Under the pieces are notes generated by a model, which had not been told where the DNA came from, searched no databases, and saw only the letters and a list, made by a program, of their open reading frames with translations. The translations under genes were made by a program, and so were the position numbers. From Deltaproteobacteria bacterium (GTDB taxonomy: Bacteria > Myxococcota_A > Polyangia > Polyangiales > Houyiibacteriaceae), in contig JAXMNT010000004.1 in NCBI GenBank assembly GCA_034670305.1, positions 32,001-96,000 on the forward strand: DNA of 64,000 bases. The letters run 5' to 3'. Below are positions 8,662-18,829 of this stretch, in pieces; position 1 is the first letter of the stretch, and the number at the start of each line of letters is the position of its first letter.

Positions 8662-10160
8662 CAGTGACTCTGGTGGTGCGCAAGGGTTCGGGCCAACCGC
8701 GGGTCCCCGATGGGGATGAGCGGATGGGTGCGAAGCGTGCGGAAGAAGTAGAGGAAGAAGAGGCCCAAGCAGAACATCAGGGCGCCGATGTCCAGGTGGT
8801 TCAGGCCGAACGTTCCCGATTGGGGCACGACGTACCAGTACACATCGGCGATGTGCATGATGAAGATCCACAACGCGCCGAGGCGCATGAGCGGCAGGTT
8901 CCGTTTCACGAGTCGAGACATCAGGAAGTAGAACGGGAAGACGAAGTGTCCGAAGCCGACGAAGAGGCTCCAGAAGACCCAGCCGCCCGTCCATCGTTTG
9001 TGGAACCAAACGGCCTCTTCGGGAATGCCTGCGTACCAAATGAGCATCCACTGCGAGAAGCTGGTGTAGGCCCAGAAGCACATGAAGCCGAAGAGCAGCT
9101 TGCCGATGTCGTGGAAGTGTTCGGTGTTCAGCGCCTCGCCCATGTGGCCGCGCTGGTAGAGCGAGATGCCCACCACACTCGAGAGCGCGAGCATGCTGCA
9201 CGCCGCGCCCGCGAACACGACGACCCCGTAGATGGTCGAGTACCAAGTGGGCTCGAGCGACATCATCCAGTCGAAGGCGGCGAACGTGAGGCTCAGGCCG
9301 AAAAGGATGGCGGCGATCGCGCTGCCGCTCTTCATCTTGAGCGAGAGGCGGATGCGCTCCTCGTCCTTCGCGACGTCCATCTTGAGGCTGTTGCGCCAGT
9401 AGAAGAGGCCGAGCAGGATCCAGATCAAGATGTAGGCGATGCCGCGTCCGAGCCAGAAGTTCTTGCTCAGGAACGGGGTCTTGAGGCTCAGCACGTGGTG
9501 GTGGAGCGCGACCTCTTGCGGGGTGCGTGACACTTCCAGGTGGGTGCCCGCGCCGCGCTGACGCGGCTCGTGGGTGCGACCGTCTTGGGCGTGGGCCACG
9601 CCACCGAAGAGCGAACCGGTCGGGCCCTCTGCGCCCTCTTCGTCCCCGTGCTCGTCCCCGTGCTCGTGCTCGTCGCCGTGCTCGTCGCCGTGCTCGTCCC
9701 CGTGGTCGCCGTGTTCGTCCCCGTGCGCGGCGTGCTCCGCGTGCTCGGCCGCGTCGATCCACTCGTCGTACATCGTGAAGTGTCCGCTGAAGACACCGAT
9801 GACGAGCGGGATGAAGAGGATGGCGATGAGCGGCGCGGCGCTCGCGGCGATCTCAGAGAAGCGGCGGGCGGTGATGCCCCAGTGGCCGGCCGTGAAGTGC
9901 ATCACGATGCAGAGGAAGAGTCCTCCGAGCACCAGCGTGACGACGACCATGAACGCGAAGAGGTAGCTGTACCCGAACCGGGCCGGGTCATCGAGCAGCC
10001 CGAAGAGGCTCAGCGCGCCACCGACGAGCGCAAGCAGGCCGCTCGCCTTCCACGTCGTCTCAGACCAGGTCCCGTCGGACTCGGGGATCCGATACGTCGG
10101 GCGCTTCGGCTTCTTCTTGGCCGTCGGCTTCTCCGCCATCGTTTCTTTTTCGGCGCTCAC
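8661..10160 (-). CDS. actF: Alternative complex III subunit F
   Basis: About 10 TM helices, FDWMMSLEPTWYSTIYG, HFHDIGKLLFGF and SQWMLIWY motifs; His-rich loop. Confidence 0.9.
   Translation of the reverse strand: MSAEKETMAEKPTAKKKPKRPTYRIPESDGTWSETTWKASGLLALVGGALSLFGLLDDPARFGYSYLFAFMVVVTLVLGGLFLCIVMHFTAGHWGITARRFSEIAASAAPLIAILFIPLVIGVFSGHFTMYDEWIDAAEHAEHAAHGDEHGDHGDEHGDEHGDEHEHGDEHGDEEGAEGPTGSLFGGVAHAQDGRTHEPRQRGAGTHLEVSRTPQEVALHHHVLSLKTPFLSKNFWLGRGIAYILIWILLGLFYWRNSLKMDVAKDEERIRLSLKMKSGSAIAAILFGLSLTFAAFDWMMSLEPTWYSTIYGVVVFAGAACSMLALSSVVGISLYQRGHMGEALNTEHFHDIGKLLFGFMCFWAYTSFSQWMLIWYAGIPEEAVWFHKRWTGGWVFWSLFVGFGHFVFPFYFLMSRLVKRNLPLMRLGALWIFIMHIADVYWYVVPQSGTFGLNHLDIGALMFCLGLFFLYFFRTLRTHPLIPIGDPRLARTLAHHQSH
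9641..9725. repeat. 12-bp repeats encoding HGDE in ActF
   Basis: gtgctcgtc(g/c)cc units. Confidence 0.8.
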
Positions 10161-10780
10161 TGGGTCGGCTCCTGGTTCAGCGCCGTCCGGTTGGACGCCT
10201 GGCTGATTTGAAGTGCGCGCACGTAGGTCACGATGGCCCAGCGGTCGTCCTGCGGAATGCTCTGGCTGTACGCGGGCATGTTGCGGATGCCGTGGGTGAT
10301 CGTGGCGTAGAGCTGTCCGTCCGGGATGGAACGAAGTCGTGCGTCGTGGAACGTCGGGGGTTTGATGCTCGCGAAGCCGAGCGCTTCGGCCCGCTGCGCC
10401 ACGAGGCCCTCGCCGTCCCCGCCGAGCGAGTGACAGGGCGCGCAGTAGATGTCGTAGCGTTCGTGACCGCGGGCGACCACGTCGGCCATGCCGCCGTTGC
10501 GCTCAATGATCTCGGCCGGCACCTCGAGGAGCCAGGACGAGTCGTCTTCGGTGCGGCCGCTCGCGAAGGCGCCGTTCGGCTCCATCTCACGAGCGATGGC
10601 CCCTTCGACCGGCGGTCGCATCGTGCGGCCATCGCGGAAGAAGTTGCTGTCTTCCTGCGCGTCGTAGCGGGGCTGGTCGTACATGTTGCGGAGCGGCACG
10701 ACCGGCTCCTCTTCGGAGACCTGACCGCGGCACGCGCCGAGGGCGGCCACTGCACAGAGACAGAGTGTGAACCGGTTCAT
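10157..10780 (-). CDS. actE: Alternative complex III monoheme cytochrome c lipoprotein
   Basis: LGAC lipobox, NMYDQPRY, CAPCH and NMPAY; ATG at 10780 overlaps the actD stop. Confidence 0.9.
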   Translation of the reverse strand: MNRFTLCLCAVAALGACRGQVSEEEPVVPLRNMYDQPRYDAQEDSNFFRDGRTMRPPVEGAIAREMEPNGAFASGRTEDDSSWLLEVPAEIIERNGGMADVVARGHERYDIYCAPCHSLGGDGEGLVAQRAEALGFASIKPPTFHDARLRSIPDGQLYATITHGIRNMPAYSQSIPQDDRWAIVTYVRALQISQASNRTALNQEPTQ

Positions 10781-11982
10781 CACTCCACCTCCTCTTCGAC
10801 GAGCTCGATGAAAGTCGGATGCGTCGCTTCGAGCAGCGCTCGGGTGTCGTCCATGTCGAACTTCTCGTCTCCAACCTCGATCGAGATGAAGAACTTGTCG
10901 TCGGTTGCCGACTCGAACCGGTCCGACTCGAAAATCGGATGGTGGTGACGCGGCAGTTTGCAGATGTGCAGGAGCCCGAAGAGCGTGCCGAACCCGCAGA
11001 GCAGGATCGTCAGCTCGAACATGATGGGCACCATCGAGGGGAACGCGCCGAGACCCACCGGCTTGCCGCCGATGTTGATGGGGTAGTCCCAGTTGTTCAT
11101 GTACTGAATCATCAGTACGGCGCTGACGAGACCGGTCATCGCGGCGATGAAGCTGATGTAGCCAATCTTCGTCGGGCGCAGTCCCATCGCGTCGTCCATC
11201 CCGTGGACCGGGTACGGCGTGTGGCAGTCCCACTTCTCGTACCCCGCGTCGCGCACCTGGCACGCGGCCGCGTGCAACGCGTCCGGGGTCTCGTACTCCG
11301 CAAGGTAGAGCGCCGGCCGCTTGTCGAAGCCGTCGTCGGAGTCGGCGGGATGCCCGCCATGCCCGCCGTCGTCGTCCGAGTCGTCGTCCGAGTCGTCGTC
11401 CGAGTCGTCGTCCGAGTCGTCGTCCGAGTCGTCGTCCGAGTCGCCGTCCGAGTCGTCGTCCGAGTCCTCGTCCGAGTCCGAGTCGTCGTCCGAGTCGGAA
11501 TCGGAGTCGGAATCGGAGTCGGAATCGGAGTCGGAATCGGAGTCGGAATCGGCTTCGGAGTCGGCTTCGGCTTCGGAATCGGAATCGGAATCGGCTTCGG
11601 CTTCGGAGTCGGCTTCGGAATCGGCTTCGGTGTTGGCTTCGGTTTCGGCTTCGGTTTCGGCTTCGGCTTTTGCTTCGGTTTTGGCTTCGGTTTCGGCTTC
11701 GGCTTCGGAGGCTTCCGCATCGCCTTCCGACTCCGCCTTCTCCTTCGCCGCCTTGTCCGCTGCGATCTCCGCCGCCGTCACCGCACCGATGCCCGCGAGC
11801 GTCGCCTTGATCTTGGGCTTGGGCCGCTCCGCTTTGGTCTCGTCCGCGTCTTCCGACTCGGAGAGGCCGATGCCCATCAGGGTCGCTTTCGCGGTCCGGA
11901 GTTTGCGGGCCGGGGGTGCCGAGGACTCCGAAGAGGTCTCGTCTGCCTTGGTGTCGTCGTCTTTTTTGTCGTCGTCCGCCAT
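10780..11982 (-). CDS. actD: Alternative complex III subunit D (DUF3341) with long acidic N-terminal extension
   Basis: [23 protein letters not shown] and PIMFELTIL motifs; ATG at 11982 follows the actC stop. Confidence 0.88.
   Translation of the reverse strand: MADDDKKDDDTKADETSSESSAPPARKLRTAKATLMGIGLSESEDADETKAERPKPKIKATLAGIGAVTAAEIAADKAAKEKAESEGDAEASEAEAETEAKTEAKAEAETEAETEANTEADSEADSEAEADSDSDSEAEADSEADSDSDSDSDSDSDSDSDSDSDDDSDSDEDSDDDSDGDSDDDSDDDSDDDSDDDSDDDSDDDGGHGGHPADSDDGFDKRPALYLAEYETPDALHAAACQVRDAGYEKWDCHTPYPVHGMDDAMGLRPTKIGYISFIAAMTGLVSAVLMIQYMNNWDYPINIGGKPVGLGAFPSMVPIMFELTILLCGFGTLFGLLHICKLPRHHHPIFESDRFESATDDKFFISIEVGDEKFDMDDTRALLEATHPTFIELVEEEVE
11365..11710. repeat. Low-complexity 12-bp and 6-bp repeats encoding SDDD, DS and EA tracts inside actD
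   Basis: gtcgtcgtccga, tcgga(a/g) and tcggct units. Confidence 0.9.
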
Positions 11983-11986
11983 GGCC

Positions 11987-13468
11987 TCACTCCGCCGGTG
12001 CGGGCTCTGCGCCCGCCGGTTCGTGGCCCTCATGCGAGTGCGCGTGGTCGTGTTCGTGGTCCCCGTGCCCGACGTGCGGATGCGCGTGCGGGAGGGTGAT
12101 CTTGATCTCTGCAATCGCGATCATGGGGATCCACCGAATGAACAAGAGGAAGAGCGTCATGAAGAGCCCGAAGGTCCCCATGTAGAGGCCGATGTCGATC
12201 CAGGTCGGTTCGAAGCTGCCCCAGCTGCCCGGGATGTAGTCGCGGTAGAGCGAGGTCACGATGATGACGAAGCGCTCGAACCACATGCCGATGTTGATGA
12301 GGATGGTCGCCACGAACATCACGGGGATGCTGGTGCGGAAGCGCTTGAACCAGAAGATCTGCGGCACGAGCACGTTGCAGCTGACCATCGCGTAGTACGA
12401 CCACCAGAGCGGTCCCCAGTTGCCTTCTTGGTCCAGGATCCCGAAGCCGAGCCGGTTGTGGAAGAAGACCCACGACTCGTACGGGTTGCCGGAGTACCAG
12501 GCGATGAAGAACTCCATCGCGTAGGCGTATCCAACCATCAGACCCGTCGCGAGCATGAACTTGTTCATCAAGTCCAAGTGCTTCGTGGTGACCAGGCTGT
12601 GCAGACCGAACACCGAGCGGGTGATGAGCATGAGCGTGAGCACCAGCGCAAAGCCCGAGAACACCGCGCCCGCGACGAAGTACGGCGGGAAGATGGTGGT
12701 GTGCCAACCCGGGATGACCGAGGTCGCGAAGTCGAACGAAACGACCGAGTGCACCGAAAGCACGAGCGGCGTGCTGATGGCGGCGAAGATGAGGTACGCG
12801 CGCTCGTAGTGCTGCCAGTGACGGTGCGAGCCGCGCCAGCCGAGCGCGAGCGCGCCGTAGATGCGCTTGCGAAGGAGCGTCTTGCTCCGGTCCCGCAGCG
12901 TCGCGAGGTCCGGGATGAGGCCGACGTACCAGAAGATGACCGAGATCATCAGGTAGGTGTTGACCGCGAACACGTCCCACATCAGCGGCGACTTGAAGTT
13001 CGGCCACATCGCCATCTGGTTGGGGATGGGGAAGAGGTAGTAGTCGAACCACGGACGGCCGGTGTGAAGCGCCGGGAAGATCGCGGCACAGAGCACCGCG
13101 AACACGGTCATCGCTTCCGCGAACCGGTTGATGCTCGTTCGCCAGTTCTGTCGGAAGAGGAACAGAATGGCGCTGATGAGCGTGCCGGCGTGACCGATGC
13201 CGATCCACCAGACGAAGTTGGTGATGTCCCAGGCCCAGTACGCGGGGCTGTTGTTGCCCCAGACGCCCACGCCCATCGTCACGAGGTAGCCGATGCACGC
13301 GGTCATCAGACCGAGCAGACCGAGCGACGGGAGGAAGAGGATCCACCAGCCACGCGGCGCCGGCGTCTCGGTGACTCGAGCGACCGTCTCGGTGACGTGT
13401 TTGAACGTGGTGCCAGGCGGCAGCAAGCTGCGTTCGCCGAGGGCCGCGATCGGTGCAGAAGCACTCAT
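11987..13468 (-). CDS. actC: Alternative complex III subunit C (NrfD/PsrC family)
   Basis: [30 protein letters not shown] and [10 protein letters not shown] motifs. Confidence 0.95.
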   Translation of the reverse strand: MSASAPIAALGERSLLPPGTTFKHVTETVARVTETPAPRGWWILFLPSLGLLGLMTACIGYLVTMGVGVWGNNSPAYWAWDITNFVWWIGIGHAGTLISAILFLFRQNWRTSINRFAEAMTVFAVLCAAIFPALHTGRPWFDYYLFPIPNQMAMWPNFKSPLMWDVFAVNTYLMISVIFWYVGLIPDLATLRDRSKTLLRKRIYGALALGWRGSHRHWQHYERAYLIFAAISTPLVLSVHSVVSFDFATSVIPGWHTTIFPPYFVAGAVFSGFALVLTLMLITRSVFGLHSLVTTKHLDLMNKFMLATGLMVGYAYAMEFFIAWYSGNPYESWVFFHNRLGFGILDQEGNWGPLWWSYYAMVSCNVLVPQIFWFKRFRTSIPVMFVATILINIGMWFERFVIIVTSLYRDYIPGSWGSFEPTWIDIGLYMGTFGLFMTLFLLFIRWIPMIAIAEIKITLPHAHPHVGHGDHEHDHAHSHEGHEPAGAEPAPAE

Positions 13469-16400
13469 CAGTGGGCCTCCTCGTGGTGCGCGTCGTCACT
13501 GTGGGCGTGGCCCGCGTGCGCCGTCAACAAGGGGTTCGGGTTCCGGATCTTGCCGAGGTAGGTCGTCCGCGGTTGGGCGCCGACTTCCGCGAGCAGCTTG
13601 TACCGCCGGTTGACGGAAGCGGCCCGCGCCACCCGGCTGCCGGCGTCGTTCAAATCACCGAAGACGATGGCGCTCGTCGGACAGGCGCTCTGACATGCCG
13701 TGACCACGTCGCCGTCGGCCATCGCGCGCTGGTCTCGGCGGGCCGAGATCTTGGCTTCTTGGATGCGCTGCACGCAGTACGTGCACTTCTCCATGACGCC
13801 GCGCATGCGGACCGTGACGTTCGGGTTGAACATCATCTGCCGGATCTCGGGGAAGCTGCCGTGCATGCCCCACGGGTCGTCCAGGTGGCTGTGCCAGTCG
13901 AGGTAGTTGAAGCGCCGGACCTTGTACGGACAGTTGTTGGCGCAGTACCGGGTACCGATGCACCGGTTGTAGGCCATGTCGTTGAGGCCTTCGGGGCTGT
14001 GGGCCGTGGCGTTGACCGGGCACACGTTCTCGCAGGGCGCTTCTTCACAGTGCTGGCAACCGACGGGCTGCAACGCAAAGCCGGGTTCGTCCCGCTCGGT
14101 GCCGGTGAAGTACCGGTCGATGCGGATCCAGGTCATGAAGCGGCCGCGGCGCACTTCCTGTTTGCCGACCGACGGGATGTTGTTCTCCGACTGACAAGCC
14201 GCCGTGCAGACGCCGCATCCGGTGCAGGCGCTGAGGTCGATGACCATGCCCCACTTCGCGAGCATGCGGCCGGTCGCCACTTCGCGCGGCTCGTAGTCGA
14301 CTTCCTCCCAGAGCGGTCCGGAAGTGAACTCGACCGTTCGGTACGATGCGAACTCGGGTTCCTCGCGGTACTCCTCGAGCGTCGCGTCGATGGCGATGGG
14401 CCGACCTTCCATGAACCCATGGGTCTGGGTCTGGATGAGCTCGTAGGTCGAGCCGAGTTTGGTCAACGTCACGCCACCCGCGAAACCGAAGCCGTCGGTG
14501 GTGCGCAGCGGGTGCACGTCGAAGCCGCCCGCGTCCCAGTTGGGCTCCGGGCCGATGCCGGGCCAGGTCTGCTTGGTGCCGTAGCGGCCCGCTTCGGTGC
14601 GGCCCCAGCCGAGGTTGAGCGTGATCGAGTGGTCCGCGTGGCCGGGGAGGCCCCACACCGGGATCTCGATGCTCTGGTCGCCGCGCGTGAGCCGCACCAT
14701 GTCGCCGTTGCGAAGGTGAAGCGCATCGCGGGTCTTGCGAGACATGATCGCCGCGTTGTCCCAGACGATCTTCGTCAGCGGGTCCGCGGCTTCCAGGGCC
14801 CAGAGGTTGTTGGCGAAACGGCCATCGTGAAGGTGCGGGTCCGCGATGAACTGAACCTCGAGGTTCGAGTCCGAGAGCGCGTCCGGCAGAGTCGCGGCCA
14901 AGAGCGCTTCGGCGATCTGAGCCGACTCCACGCCAGGCGGCACGACGGCGGACTGGCGCGAGCCAGCGACCAGACCCGCGTGCAGCGACTGACGCCAGCG
15001 CCGTTCGAAGGCAACCGGCGAGGGCGAACGTTCGCGTAAGGTGCGGCGCACCAGGGCATGTCCGCGCCAGTTGCGTTCGCCTGCGATCATCGCGAGCACT
15101 TCGAGTTCGCTGCGCCCGTGAAAGAGCGGTGCGATGAGCGGCTGCTGAAGCGTGACGCTTCCGTCGATCGCACGCTGGTCACCCCAGGTCTCGAGCTCGT
15201 GCGCGAGTGGGATGTGCCAGTTGCTTCGAGTCGAGGTCTCGTCCCGATGCGTCGACGCATGAATCGTGGTCAGCCCTTCCCGGCGCAGCTGAGTCGCGAT
15301 GGGGAAGTCGGCCGGTGCGTCGTACGCAGGGTTGCCACCGAGGATGAGCAGCGTCTCGATCGAATCGATCTCGCCAGCCAGTTCGCGGAGCGCGCCGGGC
15401 CCGGACGTCCGGTTCGGATCCAGCACCGTGTAGAGCTGGACCGGTCCGCCAATGGCGCCGAGGGCGTGGTTGATCGCATGGGCGAGCGCGTGCACTTCGG
15501 GCGGTTGCCGGGGACCGACCACCACCATCGAACGTCCGGCCTGGGTGCGGTTCGACTTGCCGTTCACGCCCGCGAGGTCATCGGCGACCGCGCGAATGAA
15601 GTCGTTCCAGTGCGCGTCGGTCTCGACGCGGAGCGAGTCTCCGAGCGCGCCGAGCCCGTCGGTCACGCTGGTCAGTGCCGCGGCGAGCGCGCGCAGGAAA
15701 CGTCCGCAGTCTTGCGCGGGCACCCGAAGTCGATGATCGGCGGCCGCGCCAGTCGTGGAGACGGTGCCTTCGACGGCGTAGAGGCGGAGCATGTGGTCGC
15801 GGTCGGGCGCGGTCGGGGTTCGGCGGGCGCCGAATCCTTTGCTCGCCCGAACCGAACCGGGTTCGAACCCGAGGAAGTCGGAGTCGAGTGCGAGCACCAC
15901 ATCGGCGCGCGACACGTCGTAGCTCGCGGCCAGATCGAGTCCGAAGGCGAGACGGGTGCTGGCCCGCATCGCGTCGTCCGACACCGAGCCGTACGTGTAG
16001 ATCTTCGCTTCCGGGTACCGCTGCGAGAAGCGGTGCTTCACGCGCATCATGGTCGGGCTGTTCGTCGGCTGCATGAGCACCCGAAGTCCCGCACCTCGGT
16101 CGGCGGTGTGTTTGGCGACGACGGCCCGCAGTGCGGTGTCGAGTTCCGCGAACGTCACGTCCGAAAGGGCGTCGCCCTCGTACCGGGCCGGACCCTGCGA
16201 ACGGTCCGGATCGTACAGGTCCCAGATCATCTGCTGGGCGCGCACATCGGTCGCGCCGAGGCTCGAGGGATGCTGGGGGTTGCCTTCGATCTTGGTCGGA
16301 CGTCCTTCGTGGCTGGTCACGAGCAGGCCGAGTGCGTCTCCGCCGCGCGAGGTCGCGGTGGCGAAGTGCAGCGGCACGCCGGGAATCAGGTACTCCGGAC

Positions 16401-16743
16401 CCTGGACGTACGGGAGGATGTTCTCTTCCGGACGCCGGATGCATCCCTGCAGACCCAATGCACCCGCGGCGAGTGCGCCGGTCTGGAGAAACCCTCGGCG
16501 ACCCACGCTGACCTTGCCCGGACGGGGCTGGGCGGCGATCGGATCGGGCTTGGCCTTCTTCAGCAAGCTGGAGGCTTGGAGAATCGGAAGACCTGCGGTG
16601 AACCCGCCAGGAAGTTCGGCTTCGGCCCGCTTCTTCTGGTCTGCCTGACCCGCATCGCTGGTCATGGCGTCGAAGTCTTCGAGGCTGCGCCAGACGACGG
16701 GCCCTTTGCCTTCAGGAAGCACGTACGGTTTGCGACGACTCAT
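13468..16743 (-). CDS. actB: Alternative complex III subunit B (molybdopterin-oxidoreductase-like domain plus Fe-S domain)
   Basis: WRSLE, Tat motif [53 protein letters not shown] and MEKCTYC. Confidence 0.95.
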   Translation of the reverse strand: MSRRKPYVLPEGKGPVVWRSLEDFDAMTSDAGQADQKKRAEAELPGGFTAGLPILQASSLLKKAKPDPIAAQPRPGKVSVGRRGFLQTGALAAGALGLQGCIRRPEENILPYVQGPEYLIPGVPLHFATATSRGGDALGLLVTSHEGRPTKIEGNPQHPSSLGATDVRAQQMIWDLYDPDRSQGPARYEGDALSDVTFAELDTALRAVVAKHTADRGAGLRVLMQPTNSPTMMRVKHRFSQRYPEAKIYTYGSVSDDAMRASTRLAFGLDLAASYDVSRADVVLALDSDFLGFEPGSVRASKGFGARRTPTAPDRDHMLRLYAVEGTVSTTGAAADHRLRVPAQDCGRFLRALAAALTSVTDGLGALGDSLRVETDAHWNDFIRAVADDLAGVNGKSNRTQAGRSMVVVGPRQPPEVHALAHAINHALGAIGGPVQLYTVLDPNRTSGPGALRELAGEIDSIETLLILGGNPAYDAPADFPIATQLRREGLTTIHASTHRDETSTRSNWHIPLAHELETWGDQRAIDGSVTLQQPLIAPLFHGRSELEVLAMIAGERNWRGHALVRRTLRERSPSPVAFERRWRQSLHAGLVAGSRQSAVVPPGVESAQIAEALLAATLPDALSDSNLEVQFIADPHLHDGRFANNLWALEAADPLTKIVWDNAAIMSRKTRDALHLRNGDMVRLTRGDQSIEIPVWGLPGHADHSITLNLGWGRTEAGRYGTKQTWPGIGPEPNWDAGGFDVHPLRTTDGFGFAGGVTLTKLGSTYELIQTQTHGFMEGRPIAIDATLEEYREEPEFASYRTVEFTSGPLWEEVDYEPREVATGRMLAKWGMVIDLSACTGCGVCTAACQSENNIPSVGKQEVRRGRFMTWIRIDRYFTGTERDEPGFALQPVGCQHCEEAPCENVCPVNATAHSPEGLNDMAYNRCIGTRYCANNCPYKVRRFNYLDWHSHLDDPWGMHGSFPEIRQMMFNPNVTVRMRGVMEKCTYCVQRIQEAKISARRDQRAMADGDVVTACQSACPTSAIVFGDLNDAGSRVARAASVNRRYKLLAEVGAQPRTTYLGKIRNPNPLLTAHAGHAHSDDAHHEEAH

Positions 16744-17372
16744 CGGTGACACCCAGAGCAATGCTGAGGCGGGTTCACCCGCGCCAGCGCTTCGTCAGCG
16801 TCCCAACTCGAATCCGGTTCCCACTCCATGTTGGTGATCTCGGTGGTTGGACGCAGATGTGCGGCCGGGTCGCGGTGGCAGTCGAGGCACCACTGCATCG
16901 CGATCGGCTCTTCGACCCGCACCACTTCCATTTGGTCGACCCGGCCATGGCAGCTCACGCAGCCGACGCCCGCCGCCAAGTGCGCGCTGTGGTCGAAGTA
17001 CGCATGGTCGGGCAAGACGTGGGCCTGGACCCAGTGCACCGACTCGCCGGTCTCCCAGCTGTCGCGAACGGGCTGAAGCGCGCCGGACTCGGGATGAATC
17101 ACGGCGTGGCAACCCATGCACGTCTGCGTCGGAGGCACCATCGCTTTGGCCGATCGCTCGACGTTGGCGTGGCAGTACCGGCAATCCATGCCCAGCTCGC
17201 CCGCATGGAGGCGGTGGCTGTACGGCACCGGTTGCTCGGGTGCATACCCGACCTGGAGGTTGGAGGGAGAGAGGTAGTACCAGACCGCCATGGTCAGGAC
17301 GCCTCCCCCAACTGTCGCGGCGCCACCCAGCACCAGCGGCAGTAAATTGAGGGAACGAGGGAAGATCTGCAT
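16740..17372 (-). CDS. actA: Alternative complex III pentaheme cytochrome c
   Basis: One TM helix, QPVPYSH and five CxxCH motifs (CRYCH, CMGCH, CVSCH, CLDCH, CSGCH). Confidence 0.95.
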   Translation of the reverse strand: MQIFPRSLNLLPLVLGGAATVGGGVLTMAVWYYLSPSNLQVGYAPEQPVPYSHRLHAGELGMDCRYCHANVERSAKAMVPPTQTCMGCHAVIHPESGALQPVRDSWETGESVHWVQAHVLPDHAYFDHSAHLAAGVGCVSCHGRVDQMEVVRVEEPIAMQWCLDCHRDPAAHLRPTTEITNMEWEPDSSWDADEALARVNPPQHCSGCHR

Positions 17373-17405
17373 GTGGCCAAACGTTCGTTGGGGCTCGCGG
17401 CGCCC

Positions 17406-17434
17406 CTTCTATTCCAAGGGCCGCGTGGGGACAA
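17406..17434 (-). promoter_or_regulatory. Putative sigma70-like promoter of the act-cta operon
   Basis: TTGTCC-17 nt-TAGAAG upstream of actA. Confidence 0.3.
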
Positions 17435-17490
17435 GTCGATCCGGGCAGGAAAGCAGCACAAAATCCGCGTAAGCGGACATCACAGCTCGA

Positions 17491-17955
17491 TCAGTGGGCG
17501 AGAAGCGCGGTCACTTCGGCTGCATGTAGGGGACAATTGCGGGCAATCAGGGTGAAGTCGGCGGTGTCGCCGGCTCCGAGGTCGAGCACGCGAACGAGCT
17601 CTGGAAGTTCGATGTGGGGATCGCCGACCACGAGAGACGGATCGGCGAGTGAGGCACGAACGGCCACCAGGAGCCCTTCGTGCAGTTCAAAGTGCGCGGA
17701 CTGTACTCCATCGGCGGCGTCGATTGGAGTCCACCCCATGTGAAGGAGCCCATCGGGCGAGGTCTGGACCTCCCACGATCCGGGCCGCGCGAAGTTGTCG
17801 CGGACCTGAGAGGCCGACATGCCGAGCCGAACCCCCAGAAATCTCTGGGGATCAGGGGCATCGCACGCTGCGAGAAGCAGCGAGGCCAGCGCCAGGGAGG
17901 GGGAAGCGAAACGCACCACGAACGCGGGGCTAGGGGCTCCCGCAAGTTCAGTCAA
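17491..17955 (-). CDS. Hypothetical lipoprotein
   Basis: LAAC lipobox, FLGVRLGMS motif; start uncertain. Confidence 0.65.
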   Translation of the reverse strand: MTELAGAPSPAFVVRFASPSLALASLLLAACDAPDPQRFLGVRLGMSASQVRDNFARPGSWEVQTSPDGLLHMGWTPIDAADGVQSAHFELHEGLLVAVRASLADPSLVVGDPHIELPELVRVLDLGAGDTADFTLIARNCPLHAAEVTALLAH

Positions 17956-18056
17956 GGGGTCGTCCGACGCGCCCGGTCACAGAAACCCGTCTGCGGGTGT
18001 GTGCGGAAGCGGAGATTCTGTTCGCCGAACTGCACGTTCTGCCCTAACTGGGCTCC

Positions 18057-18707
18057 ATGGCCGACGACGCATCTCGGGCGGGGGACCGCTACGCCTCCGC
18101 CGACATCCTGGACTGGTGTGCAGACACCCACGCCCCGCACGACGCCGGGCTGGCCCAAGCGTTCGACGCGCGAGGCGCCGGCCTGCCTCCCATCCAAGTC
18201 GGCCCCTCCGAAGGCAAGTCGCTCGGCCTCCTGGTGAAGATGTCCGGTGCACGCAAGATCGTCGAGGTCGGCACGCTCGCTGGTTACTCCGCTGTCTGGA
18301 TGGCGCGCGCCCTCCCCGCCGATGGCCACCTCTGGTCGTTCGAGTTCGATGCGAAGCACGCGGCGGTCGCACGCAAGAACCTGGACGCGGCCGGAATCGG
18401 CGACCGGGTGACGGTGGTCGAAGGCGCCGCGCTCGACACCTTGGCCTCGATCGAATCCGAGGGTCCCTTCGACTTGGTCTTCGTGGACGCCGACAAGAAG
18501 AACTACCCGCACTACGGCGCGTGGGCAGCCAAACACCTACGCCCCGGCGGCCTGCTGATCGGCGACAACGCGTTCCTCTTCGGACGACTGCTCGAAGACA
18601 GCGATGAAGCCAAAGCCATGCGCGCCTTCCACGAAGACGCCCGCGCCCACTTCGACACCGTCTGCCTTCCGACCCCCGACGGCCTGGTGTTGGCGATCAA
18701 GAAGTAG
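18057..18707 (+). CDS. O-methyltransferase (caffeoyl-CoA/COMT-like family 3)
   Basis: VEVGTLAGYS, FDLVFVDADK and LRPGGLLIGDN motifs. Confidence 0.93.
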   Translation: MADDASRAGDRYASADILDWCADTHAPHDAGLAQAFDARGAGLPPIQVGPSEGKSLGLLVKMSGARKIVEVGTLAGYSAVWMARALPADGHLWSFEFDAKHAAVARKNLDAAGIGDRVTVVEGAALDTLASIESEGPFDLVFVDADKKNYPHYGAWAAKHLRPGGLLIGDNAFLFGRLLEDSDEAKAMRAFHEDARAHFDTVCLPTPDGLVLAIKK

Positions 18708-18797
18708 TCGGCTTCGGCTTTCGGGCATCGGCTTCGGCTTCGGATTCGGCATCGGCTTCGGCTTCGGCATCGGCATCGGCTTCGGCATCGGCTTCGC
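18708..18797. repeat. (TCGGCN)n hexamer tract, intergenic
   Basis: Starts right after the TAG stop; contains single-base phase breaks. Confidence 0.9.
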
Positions 18798-18829
18798 CGG
18801 CCAACACCGAGGGCAAGGGCGAGGGCTCC

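Noticed and set aside
13468-16743. ActB as an active molybdoenzyme
   Set aside because: Context is a complete act operon; ActB is known to keep the fold without a Mo cofactor.
392-17345. Long plus-strand ORFs opposite the act/cta genes (e.g. 392..3013, 11321..13561, 15058..16749)
   Set aside because: Antisense shadows typical of high-GC coding DNA; the minus-strand frames carry all the family motifs.
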